64,000 nt of DNA, from assembly GCF_001194135.2 (NCBI RefSeq), contig NC_068981.1, positions 74,106,203 to 74,170,202 of the forward strand, read 5' to 3'. The translations under genes were made by a program, and so were the position numbers. Within the stretch, counting starts at the first letter, position 1; every line of letters starts with the position of its first letter. This DNA is from Octopus bimaculoides. Its lineage: Eukaryota. The notes below the pieces were generated by a model. It ran no database searches and had not been told where the DNA came from. It saw nothing but the letters and a program-made list of their open reading frames with translations. Below are positions 49,585 through 63,490 of this stretch, piece by piece.

Positions 49585-50713
49585 NNNNNNNNNNNNNNNN
49601 NNNNNNNNNNNNNNNNNNNNNNNNNNNNNNNNNNNNNNNNNNNNNNNNNNNNNNNNNNNNNNNNNNNNNNNNNNNNNNNNNNNNNNNNNNNNNNNNNNNN
49701 NNNNNNNNNNNNNNNNNNNNNNNNNNNNNNNNNNNNNNNNNNNNNNNNNNNNNNNNNNNNNNNNNNNNNNNNNNNNNNNNNNNNNNNNNNNNNNNNNNNN
49801 NNNNNNNNNNNNNNNNNNNNNNNNNNNNNNNNNNNNNNNNNNNNNNNNNNNNNNNNNNNNNNNNNNNNNNNNNNNNNNNNNNNNNNNNNNNNNNNNNNNN
49901 NNNNNNNNNNNNNNNNNNNNNNNNNNNNNNNNNNNNNNNNNNNNNNNNNNNNNNNNNNNNNNNNNNNNNNNNNNNNNNNNNNNNNNNNNNNNNNNNNNNN
50001 NNNNNNNNNNNNNNNNNNNNNNNNNNNNNNNNNNNNNNNNNNNNNNNNNNNNNNNNNNNNNNNNNATATATATATACGGAATACAAAATGGGACAAGAAC
50101 GCAAAACATCCAGACAGTTAGGTGATACAAGAAAGGGACAACAAACTATCCAGATAGACGATACAAAGAAAACAAGAACAGGTCATTCGGAGTTTTCTTT
50201 CCTCAGTCGAGTTCCAGATTATCTTTGCAATTTCGGCTGGTTATACTCGAGATTGCTCCAATCTGGCCAGCCCCAAGGAAAAACTAAGCTAAAACCATTA
50301 GATTCCTTGGAAGAAAGCAGCGAATGTATATGCAAACGAGTACGGAAAAAAACGGAGAATGTTACACAAATACAAATAACAGGACATAACAACAGGTGTC
50401 TTTCGACTAAGGACGAATTCATTTAAGGGCAGCTTAATTTACAGTTCAGCCATCTCTGTAATATTAGATGTTATTATTGTAAATACTGTAGCTGTTGTTG
50501 CTGGTGCCGTTGTTGTTGTTGATGTTCTCTATATCGAGGTTAAGTTTGATCTAGCAGCTTTATGATCAAAGGCGCTTTTTTTATATATATCAGCAAATAT
50601 ATTTATATAATGTAGTATATCCTTTTTTTTTTAAATTTAAGACAATAGACGAAAATTTGCTAGTTATTATTAGCAGAGTATTCGTGGGGGATAGAGTGCG
50701 CCTATACATGTCT

Positions 50714-50843
50714 CATGCGAGTGCGCCTATACATGTCTCAAACATACATACAACATCTCACATACAATCGCACGTACTCCTTCCATAGACACACACACAC
50801 ACACACCTCTTTCTTTCTCTCTCTCTCTCTCTCACACACACTT

Positions 50844-50894
<51 letters not shown>

Positions 50895-50906
50895 TCGCGC
50901 GCACAC
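50714..50906 (+). repeat. Inverted copy of the 40915-41152 block
   Basis: Identical core; a 22-bp partial tandem copy (50694-50715 = 50719-50740) marks its left edge. Confidence 0.9.
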
Positions 50907-51561
50907 TCGCCATTGAAACCGGGAAATCGGGCCCATGAACCTTTAAAAGGGGTGCATTTATTTATTTTATTTTATTTAGGCTTTAAAAGGGCGCATTTAT
51001 TTATTTTATATCATAGAGTAGATGTGAGGGGCCTGATTTGGTCAGTTTTAACACAAAAGGGGAAGAATATTCGGGCCTGATACAGCCGGTTTGAATGCTA
51101 AAGGGTTAGTATTTCTTTTTAGTATTAAATGTTTCCATTATTTGCCAAATCATCCAAACAACAAAGGGTTTGTGAATTAAGGATTGTGAGACTAGACTAA
51201 AGAAAAAAAGAGGAAAGAAAAAAGTCTGAAAATTGTGTCAGCAAATTTCACAGGAAATCGCCGATGAGAAAAATCGGGTCGAGAACCCTTCAGATCATGA
51301 CTTCCATCAATTCGTTCATTTTCAAGAAGTCGAAGATTTTTAAAAGCTGGTGTCCATATGGAAATGGATAAGCAAGACTCGCTTTATTTTTCTCTCGGTA
51401 TTGATTATTTTTTGTTATTGTTGTTGTTGTTTTTTGCATAAATCCCTCAATCTGCTGAACCTCCAACTCCCTACTCTATCTTCCTTTAACTCACCATCAC
51501 CAGCTTCACTACACCCACCACCATCATTATCACCATTGTCATCGCTGCCACCACCAACACC

Positions 51562-51593
<32 letters not shown>

Positions 51594-51661
51594 TTCAACT
51601 AGGCCCCACTTCCCACGCTGTCTGTTTTGACCTTCCATTGTTTTAAGAAATTTCACAGAAT

Positions 51662-51709
<48 letters not shown>

Positions 51710-52211
51710 TCTAAGAAAGCTTGCTAAAAGAACTGCAAACCATTTTTAGCCAACCAACTAATACTTTTTAAAATTCAATCTGAAGTTTTCATGCAATGAG
51801 TTAAATAATTGTTTGTACACCACACGATGCCGCATAGACATACAGATACATAAATATTCCATTTCAGTTCACAGATCAGCAAAGAATAAATAAATAAATA
51901 GCAATATATTTGAAGCATAAAATAAAATAAACTTAAATACTAAACTAAACAAGTTAACTGAATTTTACAACAAAAAAAAGTATGTTTATTAGAGTGGGTC
52001 TTCAACTATGCCTATATATTTCTGCACATTTTGAGAAAAAAAAACAAACATATTACTGCATCGTTTGCTTCTCAAAGAATCTCTCTTTCTCTTTCTTTCT
52101 CTCTCTGTCTCCTTCTCACTCACACCCTCTCTCACTTTCTCACGCTCTTTCATTCTCACTCACTCTTTCTCTCATCCTTCATTTTACCCTCTCATTCTCA
52201 CTCTCTCGTTC

Positions 52212-52248
<37 letters not shown>

Positions 52249-53232
52249 CTCTCTCTCCTCTCTCTTATTTCCTCTCAATCTTTTTTCTCTCGATCTCTCC
52301 AGTCTCTCCCATTATCGCCGCAAAATATTAAGTTTCATTTTGCAACATAGCTTTAATGTTTTATTATTTTCTTATTTTGGTTTAAATGAAAGAACACAGA
52401 GAAGAGAGTAAAAGACATCCGTTGGGTTTTGGTATTTCATTTTAGGATTCTTTTCTTTACTCGCGGGTGGGCGGTACCGTTTTGCTTTTTTGTTTTTATT
52501 TGTATTTATGATACAATACTTTAGAGACGGCCTTGTAGTTTTCTTTCTCTCCACTTCAACATCATCATCATCATCATCATTATGCCCCTCATCATCATCT
52601 TTTTTCCTCTTCTTTTTCTTCTTTGTTATTATTTTCCATTTTCTCTTCTTCTATGGCCCATCCATGACACTTAACAGAGATAAGGACAAAGAGAGAGGGG
52701 GAGAGGGAGAGAAAGAGGGCGAGAGAAGAGGGGAGTGAACCTAAGAAAGGAGGATAAAGACGATCTACAGACTTAGAAAATAAAAGTAAAGAATTAAAGA
52801 ATGAAAATAGAATGAGTCAGTTAAACAGACAGGCATATATTTACTGAGAGGGGTGTGGTGAAAAAGTCAGATGTGCAATTTAAGAGACTGTAACTCAGAT
52901 AAAAAGTGATATAGAATCGAACGGTAGAAGAGAAAAAGAAAGATAAGGGAATAACGAGACAGTGAGATGTAGGAAGAAAAGAGTAAAGAAAAAGAACGGA
53001 GATGATATGACAGAAAAAAAAATGAGACAGATTGGAAAACAAAATGGCAAAGAACAAATGACATTTAAAATCACAGTAGTAGTTTGACATAGAAATAAGA
53101 TGGCAGGGTTGACAAATATGCAATGTTTCAAAGGTGGTATACATTGAGTGGTTTTCTCTCATCATCTTCAGGCACCAGTTAGGGTTTGAGCTCAGTTCTT
53201 CGAAAAGTATATTCAGTTACTGTTGTTGTTGG

Positions 53233-53610
53233 TGGTACTCCGTCGCTTACGACGTTGAGGGTTCCAGTTGATCCGATCAACGGAACAGCCTGCTCGTGAA
53301 ATTAACGTGCAAGTGGTTGAGCACTCCACATACACGTGTACCCTTAACGTAGTTCTCGGGGATATTCAGCGTGACACAGTGTGACAAGGCTGACCCTTTG
53401 AATTACAGGCACAACAGAAACAGGAAGTAAGAGTGAGAGAAAGTTGTGGTGAAAGAGTACAGCAGGGTTCGTCACCATCCCCTGCCGGAGCCTCGTGGAG
53501 CTTTAGGTGTTTTCGCTCAATAAACACTCACAACGCCCGGTCTGGGAATCGAAACCGCGATCCTACGACCGCGAGTCCGTTGCCCTAACCACTGGGCCAT
53601 TGCGCCTCCA
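53233..53610 (-). mobile_element. SINE family C, full length, with (CAA)n tail
   Basis: Head TGGAGGCGCAATGGCCCAGTGGTTAGGGC; matches 19224-19582. Confidence 0.95.
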
Positions 53611-53722
53611 CAATTCAGTTACTAATGTACAATTAACAGCTATTGGAGCCTCTAGCTGGCAACTCAGTTTGTTAGAAATGGCAACAAATTTGTCATATAT
53701 CACATTCTACTGTCTTAAATAT

Positions 53723-53997
53723 CAGTGGGGAAACCAGGATATTTTGGGGGTGTTGCCCAAAAGTTTCGAAAAAATACTATATAAGGTAGGAATTGCCATT
53801 CGTAACGAATGGAAACATTTCTATGTATTCTAACTGTTGCAGCAGTCCATATGCATATGATACAGTAATGCTGTGAAACCGTTGGAAATAGAATAACAAT
53901 GTTATTATAAAAACCTTGGTCCCGATTTTTTGGTGTCGGCTTGGCTAGAAAGGGTGTTACCCGGGCAACTAAGGCAACACCTGTGCATCCGCCACTG
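53723..53997. mobile_element. Possible MITE
   Basis: CAGTGG...GGTGTTGCC and GGCAACACC...CCACTG ends; no clear TSD. Confidence 0.4.
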
Positions 53998-53998
53998 A

Positions 53999-54055
<57 letters not shown>

Positions 54056-54067
54056 TGTGTGCGTGAC

Positions 54068-54221
54068 AAAAACTGAACGAAGCCCGTGGTATATATATAT
54101 ATATATATATATATATGCGTGGCACCTTGGACAAGTGTCTTCTACTATAGCCTCAGGTTGACCACAGCCTTGTGAGTGGATTTGGTAGATGGAAACCGAA
54201 AGATGCCCGTCGCATATGCAT

Positions 54222-54279
<58 letters not shown>

Positions 54280-54420
54280 ATTTGTCTGTGTGTCTGTGTT
54301 TGTCCCCCACCATCGCTTGACAACCGATGTTGGTGTGTTTACGTCCCCGTAACTTAGCTGTTCAGCAAAAGTGACCGATAGAATGAGTACTAGGTTTACA
54401 AAGAATAAGTCCTGGGGTTT
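54068..54420 (+). mobile_element. Headless SINE family A with partial internal duplication
   Basis: AAACTGAACGAAGCCCGT(TA)n precedes GCGTGGCACCTTGG..GATGCCCGTCG and the tail. Confidence 0.85.
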
Positions 54421-54619
54421 GTTTGTACAAATATTCAATTCTATTGTTAATGAAATGATTGACTATTTAATTACTTTAACACCAGATAACTCGTAAAAAA
54501 ATATACAAAAGAGGAAAACTCAATGGAGAACAGGTTTTTGCAATCGGCTTGATAAATTGTGACATTGGAGTTGTTGAGAATATCATCATAAAATATGACT
54601 TTTATATATTTTCCCTTGC

Positions 54620-54790
54620 AACACCAGTCCGTTGCATGATTACTCATTTTTTACAAGCTGAGTGGATTAGAGCAAAGGGAAATGAAGTGTTTTGCTCAAG
54701 AACCAGGCGCATCGCCCGGTCCAGGTATCGAAACCACAATCTTATGATCATGAGTCGAAAACCTAACCACTAAGCCATGCGCTTCACACA
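54620..54790 (-). mobile_element. SINE family D
   Basis: Minus-strand TGTGAAGCGCATGGCTTAGTGGTTAGG..GGTTTCGATACC..GAGCAAAACACTTCATTTC. Confidence 0.7.
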
Positions 54791-54940
54791 AATACACACA
54801 CGCGCACACTCAGACTCATTTACACACACATATATTTATATACACATTATATATACAGGCTCTTTCTAGTTGTGACCATCTAGTCTATTTGAACTGCTGT
54901 TCGTGGACTTTTCCCTTCTCTGAACTTTTCCCTTCTCCTC

Positions 54941-54972
54941 CTTCTGACGAAGAGCTATACTCGAAACGTTAA
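54941..54972 (+). ncRNA. Minimal PLE-type hammerhead motif, same family as 25142
   Basis: CUGACGA-A-GAG(CUAUA)CUC-GAA-ACGU-U; weak stem I; preceded by a similar pyrimidine tract. Confidence 0.5.
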
Positions 54973-56680
54973 AAACCCATTCTTTTTTCCAGCTTTACTG
55001 AGTGTCAGACTAATACATATCATATGTACGTCTTCTTGTTGTTTTGTAATTGCTATTTTTAATGTTCGATTGTTAATGTTCAACTTTTAATGTTTGATTT
55101 GACTATATATATATATATATTGGATAATGAAGTCCTAGATGTTCAAATATATGGGATGTTCCACTAGGGTTAGGGTTAGGGTTAGATTTACTCAATCAAA
55201 AACGATACAGAGCTAACCAGCAATTATAATAATATCCCTAAGAAATAAGAAGCCATGTTAGACATAAGAAAATAGGTTGTCCTGCATTTTAGAAGTTTCA
55301 CATGTTATAGGAATAAGTTTTATCGTATTGCTAGTGTATATTAAATCGCATTAGATTTAATATAAATTTAAATTAAATTGGCATTATATTCCCGTATAAA
55401 ATGCGTTCTTTAGCTATGCGAGAAATCAATTTTGTTACGACATAAACCTGGATATTCAAGACCTAAACCTGGGTGTTTCTGTATTACTTTATTAGGAAGT
55501 TTAGTTAGCATTGGGATTAAAACATTGATTTGGTAGAAACTGATAAGTTTGTGGTAATCCATATTAAATATAAAGCGATAAAATGGGTTATTCGTCAAAT
55601 CTTGATAATACAGTTCTTTTCTCAGGGAGGTATGTGCCTTGCCACTGCATGTCACGATATGCATACCATCGGTTGTCTTTCTTAGCCAGAGAACTGACAG
55701 TGTATACGAGATTACATTGTAAAGATCGAACTGAATAATCAGTTGAACGACTCAATCTTTGTTCTCACCGAGATACTGTCGTTTAACTACTGGATATATT
55801 TTGATATCGTGGCTAAACTATGTTTCTTAAACAAAGGATTGTAACCTTGTTTATAACATTCATCTTGTTTATACTATAAATATACTCCAGTAAAATAATT
55901 CGCTCGACTAACGTTAGCATCGCTCTGTAAGTAATGGTAAACCTAACCTGATTGCATTTACTTTCCCGTAAAGTAGTGTACGCTACGTATTTTTTTTGTT
56001 TTTTTTTTTTTAGCAGCCACAGGAAAGGAATGTAACTGAATAGGTAGCTATAAGACGAGCCGAAACAAACCGCTTAGTCAACTGTTGCTAAAAAAATGGT
56101 ATTAAAATATGATTTTAATTTGTATTAATTTGAAATTTGGGATTGTCTTTCCTATCTTTTTCAGCCAGAATTTATAATGAAGCTGATGATATTTTCTCCT
56201 CACGATGGATGATATTTTAATTTATTAAAGTTCCTTGGCTATCAACAATTACGTTAGCACCGATCTCAGTATTATACATTTAAAGGTTATTTTCTAATGG
56301 TAAAAGTACAAATCAATTGATTAAACTACAGCTCGTTACAGGTATTTCTGAATATCCTTCGAGAATATAACTATGAGATGAACGCACTAAATAGTCCGAT
56401 GGATATAAGGTAGAAACGACTTTACTCACATACATTACAACAGTCACTAATGATAATAAACGGAAAGTACAAAGTTAAAATTACAGCTTTTACAAACAAA
56501 GAGTTATCGAACATTTTCTAGTTGTATCCCCATGAAATATTTTACTTGTCATTCTGTCATTTCCTGTTTTGGATCAGTTATTAAGGATCTTTTCTAGCTT
56601 TTAACAAACACATGCACCATAGATGCTAGAGATTATATGGTTTTCTTAAACAGCTTTACATGATCTCTATTGCAATGTTC

Positions 56681-56723
<43 letters not shown>

Positions 56724-57869
56724 NNNNNNNNNNNNNNNNNNNNNNNNNNNNNNNNNNNNNNNNNNNNNNNNNNNNNNNNNNNNNNNNNNNNNNNNNNNNN
56801 NNNNNNNNNNNNNNNNNNNNNNNNNNNNNNNNNNNNNNNNNNNNNNNNNNNNNNNNNNNNNNNNNNNNNNNNNNNNNNNNNNNNNNNNNNNNNNNNNNNN
56901 NNNNNNNNNNNNNNNNNNNNNNNNNNNNNNNNNNNNNNNNNNNNNNNNNNNNNNNNNNNNNNNNNNNNNNNNNNNNNNNNNNNNNNNNNNNNNNNNNNNN
57001 NNNNNNNNNNNNNNNNNNNNNNNNNNNNNNNNNNNNNNNNNNNNNNNNNNNNNNNNNNNNNNNNATATATATATATATATATAGCGCCTTCAACTGAAGA
57101 ATCCCATAATCTTGCTTTAAACATGACCAGAACGCATGCACTTGTTTTGTTAAGCGTTTATAAAAATAATAATATTGTGGAACATGTTTGGATATAGTTA
57201 TTTACGCTATTTTCGTTTTTGTTTCTTATTTCATTCGTGAAGTTGTTTTGATAAATTATTCAACTGCAAAATAAACTTCTTTGGTTACCTTGTCAAAAGC
57301 GCCATTCACTTCCTCTATATAACCCGCTCTAAGATTAAAACATCCATTTAAATTATTCTCTTATCAAACATGGGTTTCTAATCTTAAAAGAACGGCACTT
57401 TACGACACACAAGCAATATTAGATATAAAGAATAACGAGTGATATAAAGCAAGGAGTTGTTCCAAGTTGTGCAAAGTAAACCGCACAACATGCCTTCATT
57501 ATTCCAAGTTGACCATTTCATTTCTGTTTTACCCGTGAAAAATGAATTAACGACCTATATTCATTGTAGAGTGTTCATACATAGCCACAAGAAACCACCG
57601 GTATTGCACTTCTTTTAGCACAGAGCTCAAAATGATTTTGAATTGAGCGGAGTTCTTAACCGGTTTCAATTTGAAATTGAAAAAGATTGGCTTCACTTTT
57701 GGCATCAATATTTAAGAGAAAGTTACAGATCACAAACTTTTTTCTAGCATGTTCCATTATAGCTGGTATTGTTGACATAACCCGTGTGAAATATACAAAA
57801 TACTGAGGTACCCCAAATCAGACAATGAACATGTAGTATTTGTTATTAATTTATTTTAATGTTAATTTA

Positions 57870-58010
57870 ATGAGTTCAAGTCCCATCGTAGTCAACTATG
57901 CCTTTTATCCTACTGGAGTCAATAAAATAAAATATCAGTCATGTAGAAGGGTCGATATAATCGACTCTTCCCTGTCTCCAAATGTCTGACTTTGTGTCTA
58001 TGAAAGAAAT
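57870..58010 (+). mobile_element. SINE family B, degenerate
   Basis: GAGTTCAAG..GTCAACTATGCCTTTTATCC..GGGTCGATATAATCGACT. Confidence 0.55.
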
Positions 58011-59040
58011 CACTTTCATTTAATTAAATGTTATATTTTTAATTATATTGATTATTTTGGCTCTTTCTAACAAGTCAACTCGAAGCAGTTTCAGAGAGAC
58101 ATAACCTCATGTCATTCTTTTGTTGACAGCCTTGTGTGAAATTTGTACTTAGTTATAGACATTATTGTCGAAGTTTCTCCTTACATTTTCTAGACACATA
58201 AATGTGCGTTTAGTTGGTTGGTATTACTTGAACATTCCAGTGTTTTACGAACCTCGTGCACCTCAGTATATTCTCTCTTGCGTACACATAAGAGTCAGCA
58301 TACCCAGTCCTGAAATCCTCGCCAAGTTATATTCAATCTAATTACGCAATAGATTGGTGGTCTTCTGCTTTATGTTAGTTATCAGTATAAGAAATCGATG
58401 CATCGTGCAAAATTTCGGTTATTATTTGACTAGAAATGCATAACAGAGATATTAGGCGAAGCCGTGTGATAGAAGTATAGCAAAATCATAAAATACAAAA
58501 TCCAATGCGGCATTTTATACATATATCTACATTATGATAGCGAAATATTCCGCATTTATGTCTGACGATGTCATTTGTTGTGACCTATCCCTTCTTACAG
58601 TTAGTAATATTGTGCAGGAGACACATAACCCCACCAGCTATAAAAATATAACATTATCAGTACATTTTTATTATTGTTATTTAAACACTCTGCAAGACGT
58701 ATTGTGGGCTATGAAGTATACATAAGACTTGTAAACGAAGTGAGTACATCATAAATGAAACATTCATAGAACACATGTACTTTGTTATCTTTAGATATTA
58801 TATAAATAAAGCTTAACATATTTTCTTCTTCATTTATTTTAATTTTCTCAGAACTTGCCCAAGAAATTGTTATGACAAATTTATTTCTAAGAAGTATTTC
58901 TTTCACTTGTCTTATCAAAAGTTATAAGCCATAATAATATTGATTAATGAAATTACTGGTGAGTTAAAATTCTAAGCATTCAATTTTACGTTCACGTAAC
59001 AAACTGACTATGTACACGATCTCATTATATACACATCTCA

Positions 59041-59248
59041 GGACGGTGAGCTGGTTGAATTGTTAGTGTGTCGGACAAAATGCTTAGCGATGTTTCTTTC
59101 GGTTCTTCACGTTCTGCGCTTAAAGTTGACACTATGGTTATTTTTGCTTTTCATCCTTTCGGGTCGATAAAAGGAAATACCAATCACGTACGGGGTCAAT
59201 GTAATCGACTTACGCTCTTCACTGGAAATTGCCGGCTTTGTGCCAATA
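59041..59248 (+). mobile_element. SINE family B, degenerate
   Basis: GGTGAGCTGG..AAAATGCTTAGCG..TTTTCATCCTTTCGGGTCGATAAAA. Confidence 0.65.
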
Positions 59249-59436
59249 CTTAAGTAATTAATATATACACATTCTCAATCTAGTAACCAAGAAATATAAA
59301 ACTTTAGCATTATCAAGACTACGTGGTGAGTAATTGGTTACATAATAGTAATTTTACCAGAGAGTATACGTTTCGTTCCTATTTAGCGCTCACTATTTAT
59401 TTTATTCATTTGGGAAGAGATATAGAGTTATATCAG

Positions 59437-59602
59437 GAATTCCCAACAGTTTTCTGGTGTTCAGCTCTTTGAGTTTCTTCAAACCAACATCCTCAAACCT
59501 AAATCTCAAGCGATTAAAACAGTAAATTCAACTCTCAGAGAAATGGGTTTTTACAAAAGTTCACAAGGCTCTCTTACTCAGATTACACCCATCTGGAGTG
59601 AG
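59437..59602 (+). CDS. Candidate coding exon or Tc1-like HTH remnant
   Basis: Open frame NSQQFSGVQLFEFLQTNILKPKSQAIKTVNSTLREMGFYKSSQGSLTQITPIWSE with donor GAG|GTAGTG; weak acceptor. Confidence 0.3.
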
Positions 59603-60010
59603 GTAGTGAATCTTTTAGAAGTCACTCAGTCGAGTATATTCAGTTAGTCGAGTCCATAGCATAGTTTTCATTTTAAAAAAATAGTAAATTCACTCATATT
59701 GCGTCAACACTGTTCTCATTAAAAATATGAATGATATAAAATATTATTTCCTTTCTCTTATAAATTTGAGACATTTTTGGTAACAATAGAAGGAGCCGAC
59801 ATTTTGAAATATAGTTTCCTGCAACAATTAACTTATAGTTCTAAAAATTGTCAACAACACTTGCCATTTCCGTAAAGCTTTAAAAATTGTAGAGACAAAA
59901 ATTAATTATTTTCTCATTCCCAGTTTTTCTATTAAAAAAGTAATTAATTTCATTTGACCTAACTTTGGAGAATCCCTCGAACCAGAGTATAATTATTTTC
60001 CTTCTCATAT

Positions 60011-60045
<35 letters not shown>

Positions 60046-60158
60046 NNNNNNNNNNNNNNNNNNNNNNNNNNNNNNNNNNNNNNNNNNNNNNNNNNNNNNN
60101 NNNNNNNNNNNNNNNNNNNNNNNNNNNNNNNNNNNNNNNNNNNNNNNNNNNNNNNNNN

Positions 60159-61458
60159 TACCAATAGAGAAAGAATCGGTTTCTACCCTAGATCCAAGGC
60201 TCCTTCATTGAAATTCCACCATCAACAACAAGGTATTTTTGTATGCATGTATGTATGTATGTATGTATGTATGTATTTATGTATTTATGTATGCATGCAT
60301 GCATGCATGCATGTATGTATGCATGTATGTTTGTATGTATGTATGTATGTATGTATGCATGCATGCATGCATGTATGTATCTATATATACGTGCAGATTT
60401 GTATGTTTTATTTTATGTATGTATTCTAATGCATATAGTTGCATATCTGAACATGTTCATATATACTTAAATGAGAAACCTCTGGAAAGTTTTACAGATT
60501 TGTACAGTTCCATTGATGGATTGGATGTGTAGTGTTCGGATTAACTTTCTCCTTTCTGGTTTTGAGAAGCTCAATTTCTCAAGATTGGTATTTAGGTAGC
60601 ATGTTACATATCCCAGTTCCCCAATAATTACAGGTATAAATCTGAACTTGTAATCTGGATAAGTTCAGCGTAAGTATTCTCTTTTTCCACTGATCTTCAG
60701 CTTAATGCTAACATCCGCTCGGTAGATGATTTCCACAACTGTACACAGTTTTTCTTATGTATCTCAAATCATTATATCAAGTCTATTGTATTTACATTTT
60801 ATGGAGGTTTTCGCTAACCCATTCTACCAATACTCCTTTTTATTATGAATGTCTAAGGCTTCTACCATACTGTCAGTTCTTATTTCGTTATCCTCGGAGT
60901 TATCCTTTCGACGGATTTCGTTATACAGTGTCCTAGCTAAAACATCATGTCTCATCGGCAAATAAAACCGTGATTTTTAAACAACTGCTTATGATGTGGG
61001 TGATATCTTTGGTGTTAATTCTACAAAGTCTGCATCGGTTGTCACATTGTAGTGCTTTTCCTACATCTCTGTCCCTTTTGTGCATCAGGTATTTGGTTGA
61101 TACTTCCTATTCCCGGATTGCAAACGCTTCAAACTGGGAAGTGGTAAACCTGTCGCTGGTCTATGATAGACTGCCTTGGCGATGTCATTATCATGCCCGA
61201 GCCTTCTATTAATATATCCATGCATGGTTTTCTGCTCATATATACTCATCCAATGATGATACATTGCGTTAGAGTCGTGCGACTTCTTTGAGCATGTATT
61301 TGAGTTATCAGATAGGGAATGCTACTGAAGGAGCTGTCTTGCGAGTCTTATGATGTTATCAGCCTCATGTATTCAAACTTAATCAAGGGATGCACTTCAG
61401 CAGTTGGTGATTAAAAGATGCTGCCGAAGGAGGGATATGGTATGATATTCAAAGGCAT
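60159..61458 (-). mobile_element. Dong/R4-clade LINE, 5'-truncated (zinc knuckle, restriction-like endonuclease, 3' UTR)
   Basis: CRLC (61023-61034)..HIISSC (60981-60998), RHD (60944-60952), NRLDIMI, FIPVIIGELGYV..KLIRTLHIQSINGTVQICKTF. Confidence 0.85.
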
Positions 61459-61609
61459 GTATGTATATATTCACATACATACATACATACATACATACAT
61501 ACATACATACATACATACATACATAAAACTTAGCTCCCTTAAATTATAAACGCAAACGACAATGTGTTAAAGTCATTCTTTACTATACCACCTTTTCCTC
61601 AGACTATAC

Positions 61610-61688
61610 CTTCTTCTTCTTCTTCTTCTTCTTCTTCTTCTTCTTCTTCTTCTTCTTCTTCTTCTTCTTCTTCTTCTTCTTCTTCTTC
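61610..61688. repeat. (TCT)n trinucleotide microsatellite
   Basis: Read directly from the sequence; source of the poly-Ser ORF. Confidence 0.95.
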
Positions 61689-62013
61689 CAAATATTTTCT
61701 CTCAAACATTTTCTACCTTTTTATTTTACTTTTATTTTATTGCTTCCCTTCAATTACACAAAGGACATTGATATGCGGAGAAGGTAGATACACTGGAAAT
61801 AGTTTAATTTTTAGAAGTTTCTTTTTCGAATATATATCAACACACCGCTTACAAAATTAAACTTAGATAAATCAAATAAATTAATGGCCACCTTTTTTGT
61901 TTTCTTTTATTTCACTTAAAGTCGCTGCTGTTCTTATTGTTGTTTAACTTCAAATCACTTACGATGGAACACACTTGTGATCAAATAAGTTTTAACTGTG
62001 GTGCTTTAATATA

Positions 62014-62225
62014 TCTCTTTATCTTTACTCTTTTATTTGTTTCATTCATTTGACTGCGGCCATGCTGGAGCACCACCTTTAGTCGAGCAAATCGACCCCG
62101 GGACTTATTCTTTGTAAGCCTACTACTTATTCTATCGGTATCTTTTGCCGAACCGCTAAGTGCCGGGGACATAAACACACCAGCATTGGTTGTCAAGCAA
62201 TGCTAGAGGAACAAACACAGACACA

Positions 62226-62267
<42 letters not shown>

Positions 62268-62336
62268 NNNNNNNNNNNNNNNNNNNNNNNNNNNNNNNNN
62301 NNNNNNNNNNNNNNNNNNNNNNNNNNNNNNNNNNNN

Positions 62337-62372
<36 letters not shown>

Positions 62373-62535
62373 GACGGGCTTCTTTCAGTTTCCGTCTACC
62401 AAATCCACTCACAAGGCTTTGGTCGGCTCGAGGCTATAGTTGAAGACACTTGCCCAAGGTGCCACGCAGTGGGACTGAACCCGGAACCATGTGGTTGGTA
62501 AGCAAGCTACTTACCACACAGCCACTCCTGCGCCT
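62014..62535 (-). mobile_element. SINE family A, full length, young
   Basis: Close reverse-complement match to 42794-43223. Confidence 0.95.
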
Positions 62536-63410
62536 ATCTATTCATTTTAACATGCATATTCATCTTTGTTTTCCGAAGATTGAGAAAAAAAGATCAGTAT
62601 TTACGACCACTGTTTTCTTTGGATCAAAACACTAATCGTTGGAGAATAGAAGAAATTTACTTTGATTTTTCGTATAAGGGCGGCTATATTATAGAAAATT
62701 ATTCAGAAATGCTCACAATTTATAGCAAAATTTACTTTCTATCCGTGGGAAACAAATAGGAAACATCGGGACTAAAATTGTTACTTCCTTTCGCAGTAAA
62801 ATATCCAGAGCAGGTGATAAAGAAATTTGCTTATTGCCACATCATGTCGGAATAGTTGTCCTATCTTACATTTGTCAATGATAGCGCACCGGAAATGGTA
62901 AAAAAATCCCTTTGTATAAGAATCCGATTACCTCCCTTTACTCAGATCCAACAGCTTAGAACGTTTAGACACTCGGTTACAGACATAAGTATCAAGTTAA
63001 CATCATTGATACACTGGATTGTTCAACTTGATAGATTATATTTCTGGCTGTATAGTCTAATACTACTCATTTAACGCTTCGTCTCATATCTGTTCGCATG
63101 TGTAATTTGTGTGTGAGTGCATGGTGTACCTGCGTGCATGTGTGTTTGTGGTGAGTGTATGCATGTTTGTGGTGAGTGTATATATATATATTATACACTC
63201 ATACACACATGCACACACATATACGAATGTGTGGAATGTACGTGTGTTGCATGTTAAGAGACAGACGTCAGTTAAAATCTGCTGCTGGCATTACGTTACA
63301 TTTTCAGGAAGAACATCATTCTACATTTCACCATTTTCCTAACTGGTTGTATAGAAAGTTATTGCGTGCCAACCACCAAATATCTAACAATCATCTTCTC
63401 TGTTCTACAG

Positions 63411-63490
63411 GTAGTTTGCTATGCAAAGCAGTTTATACTTCGAGAATTCAGATTCATTCTGTCAAAATACTTCAATGGCATAAAGAGAAG
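63411..63490 (+). CDS. Candidate 80-nt exon
   Basis: CTAAC at 63384, acceptor ATCATCTTCTCTGTTCTACAG, donor AAG|GTACTA; two frames open (VVCYAKQFILREFRFILSKYFNGIKR or SLLCKAVYTSRIQIHSVKILQWHKEK). Confidence 0.3.

Noticed and set aside
50181-50206. CUGAGGA..GAAU hammerhead-like motif on the minus strand
   Set aside because: GAAA is not complete and stems I and III cannot be built.
51563-51709. Inverted (CAT)n and (ATG)n tracts able to pair
   Set aside because: Both repeats are common here, so co-occurrence is unremarkable.
60160-60215. UCAAUGAAG..GAAAC in the Dong 3' UTR (also ~12612-12665) as a hammerhead
   Set aside because: Both copies lack CUGA and stem II is poor; it is ordinary LINE UTR.
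60634-61143. Plus-strand exon candidates 60634-60669 and 61089-61143
   Set aside because: They are antisense to clear Dong/R4 coding motifs.
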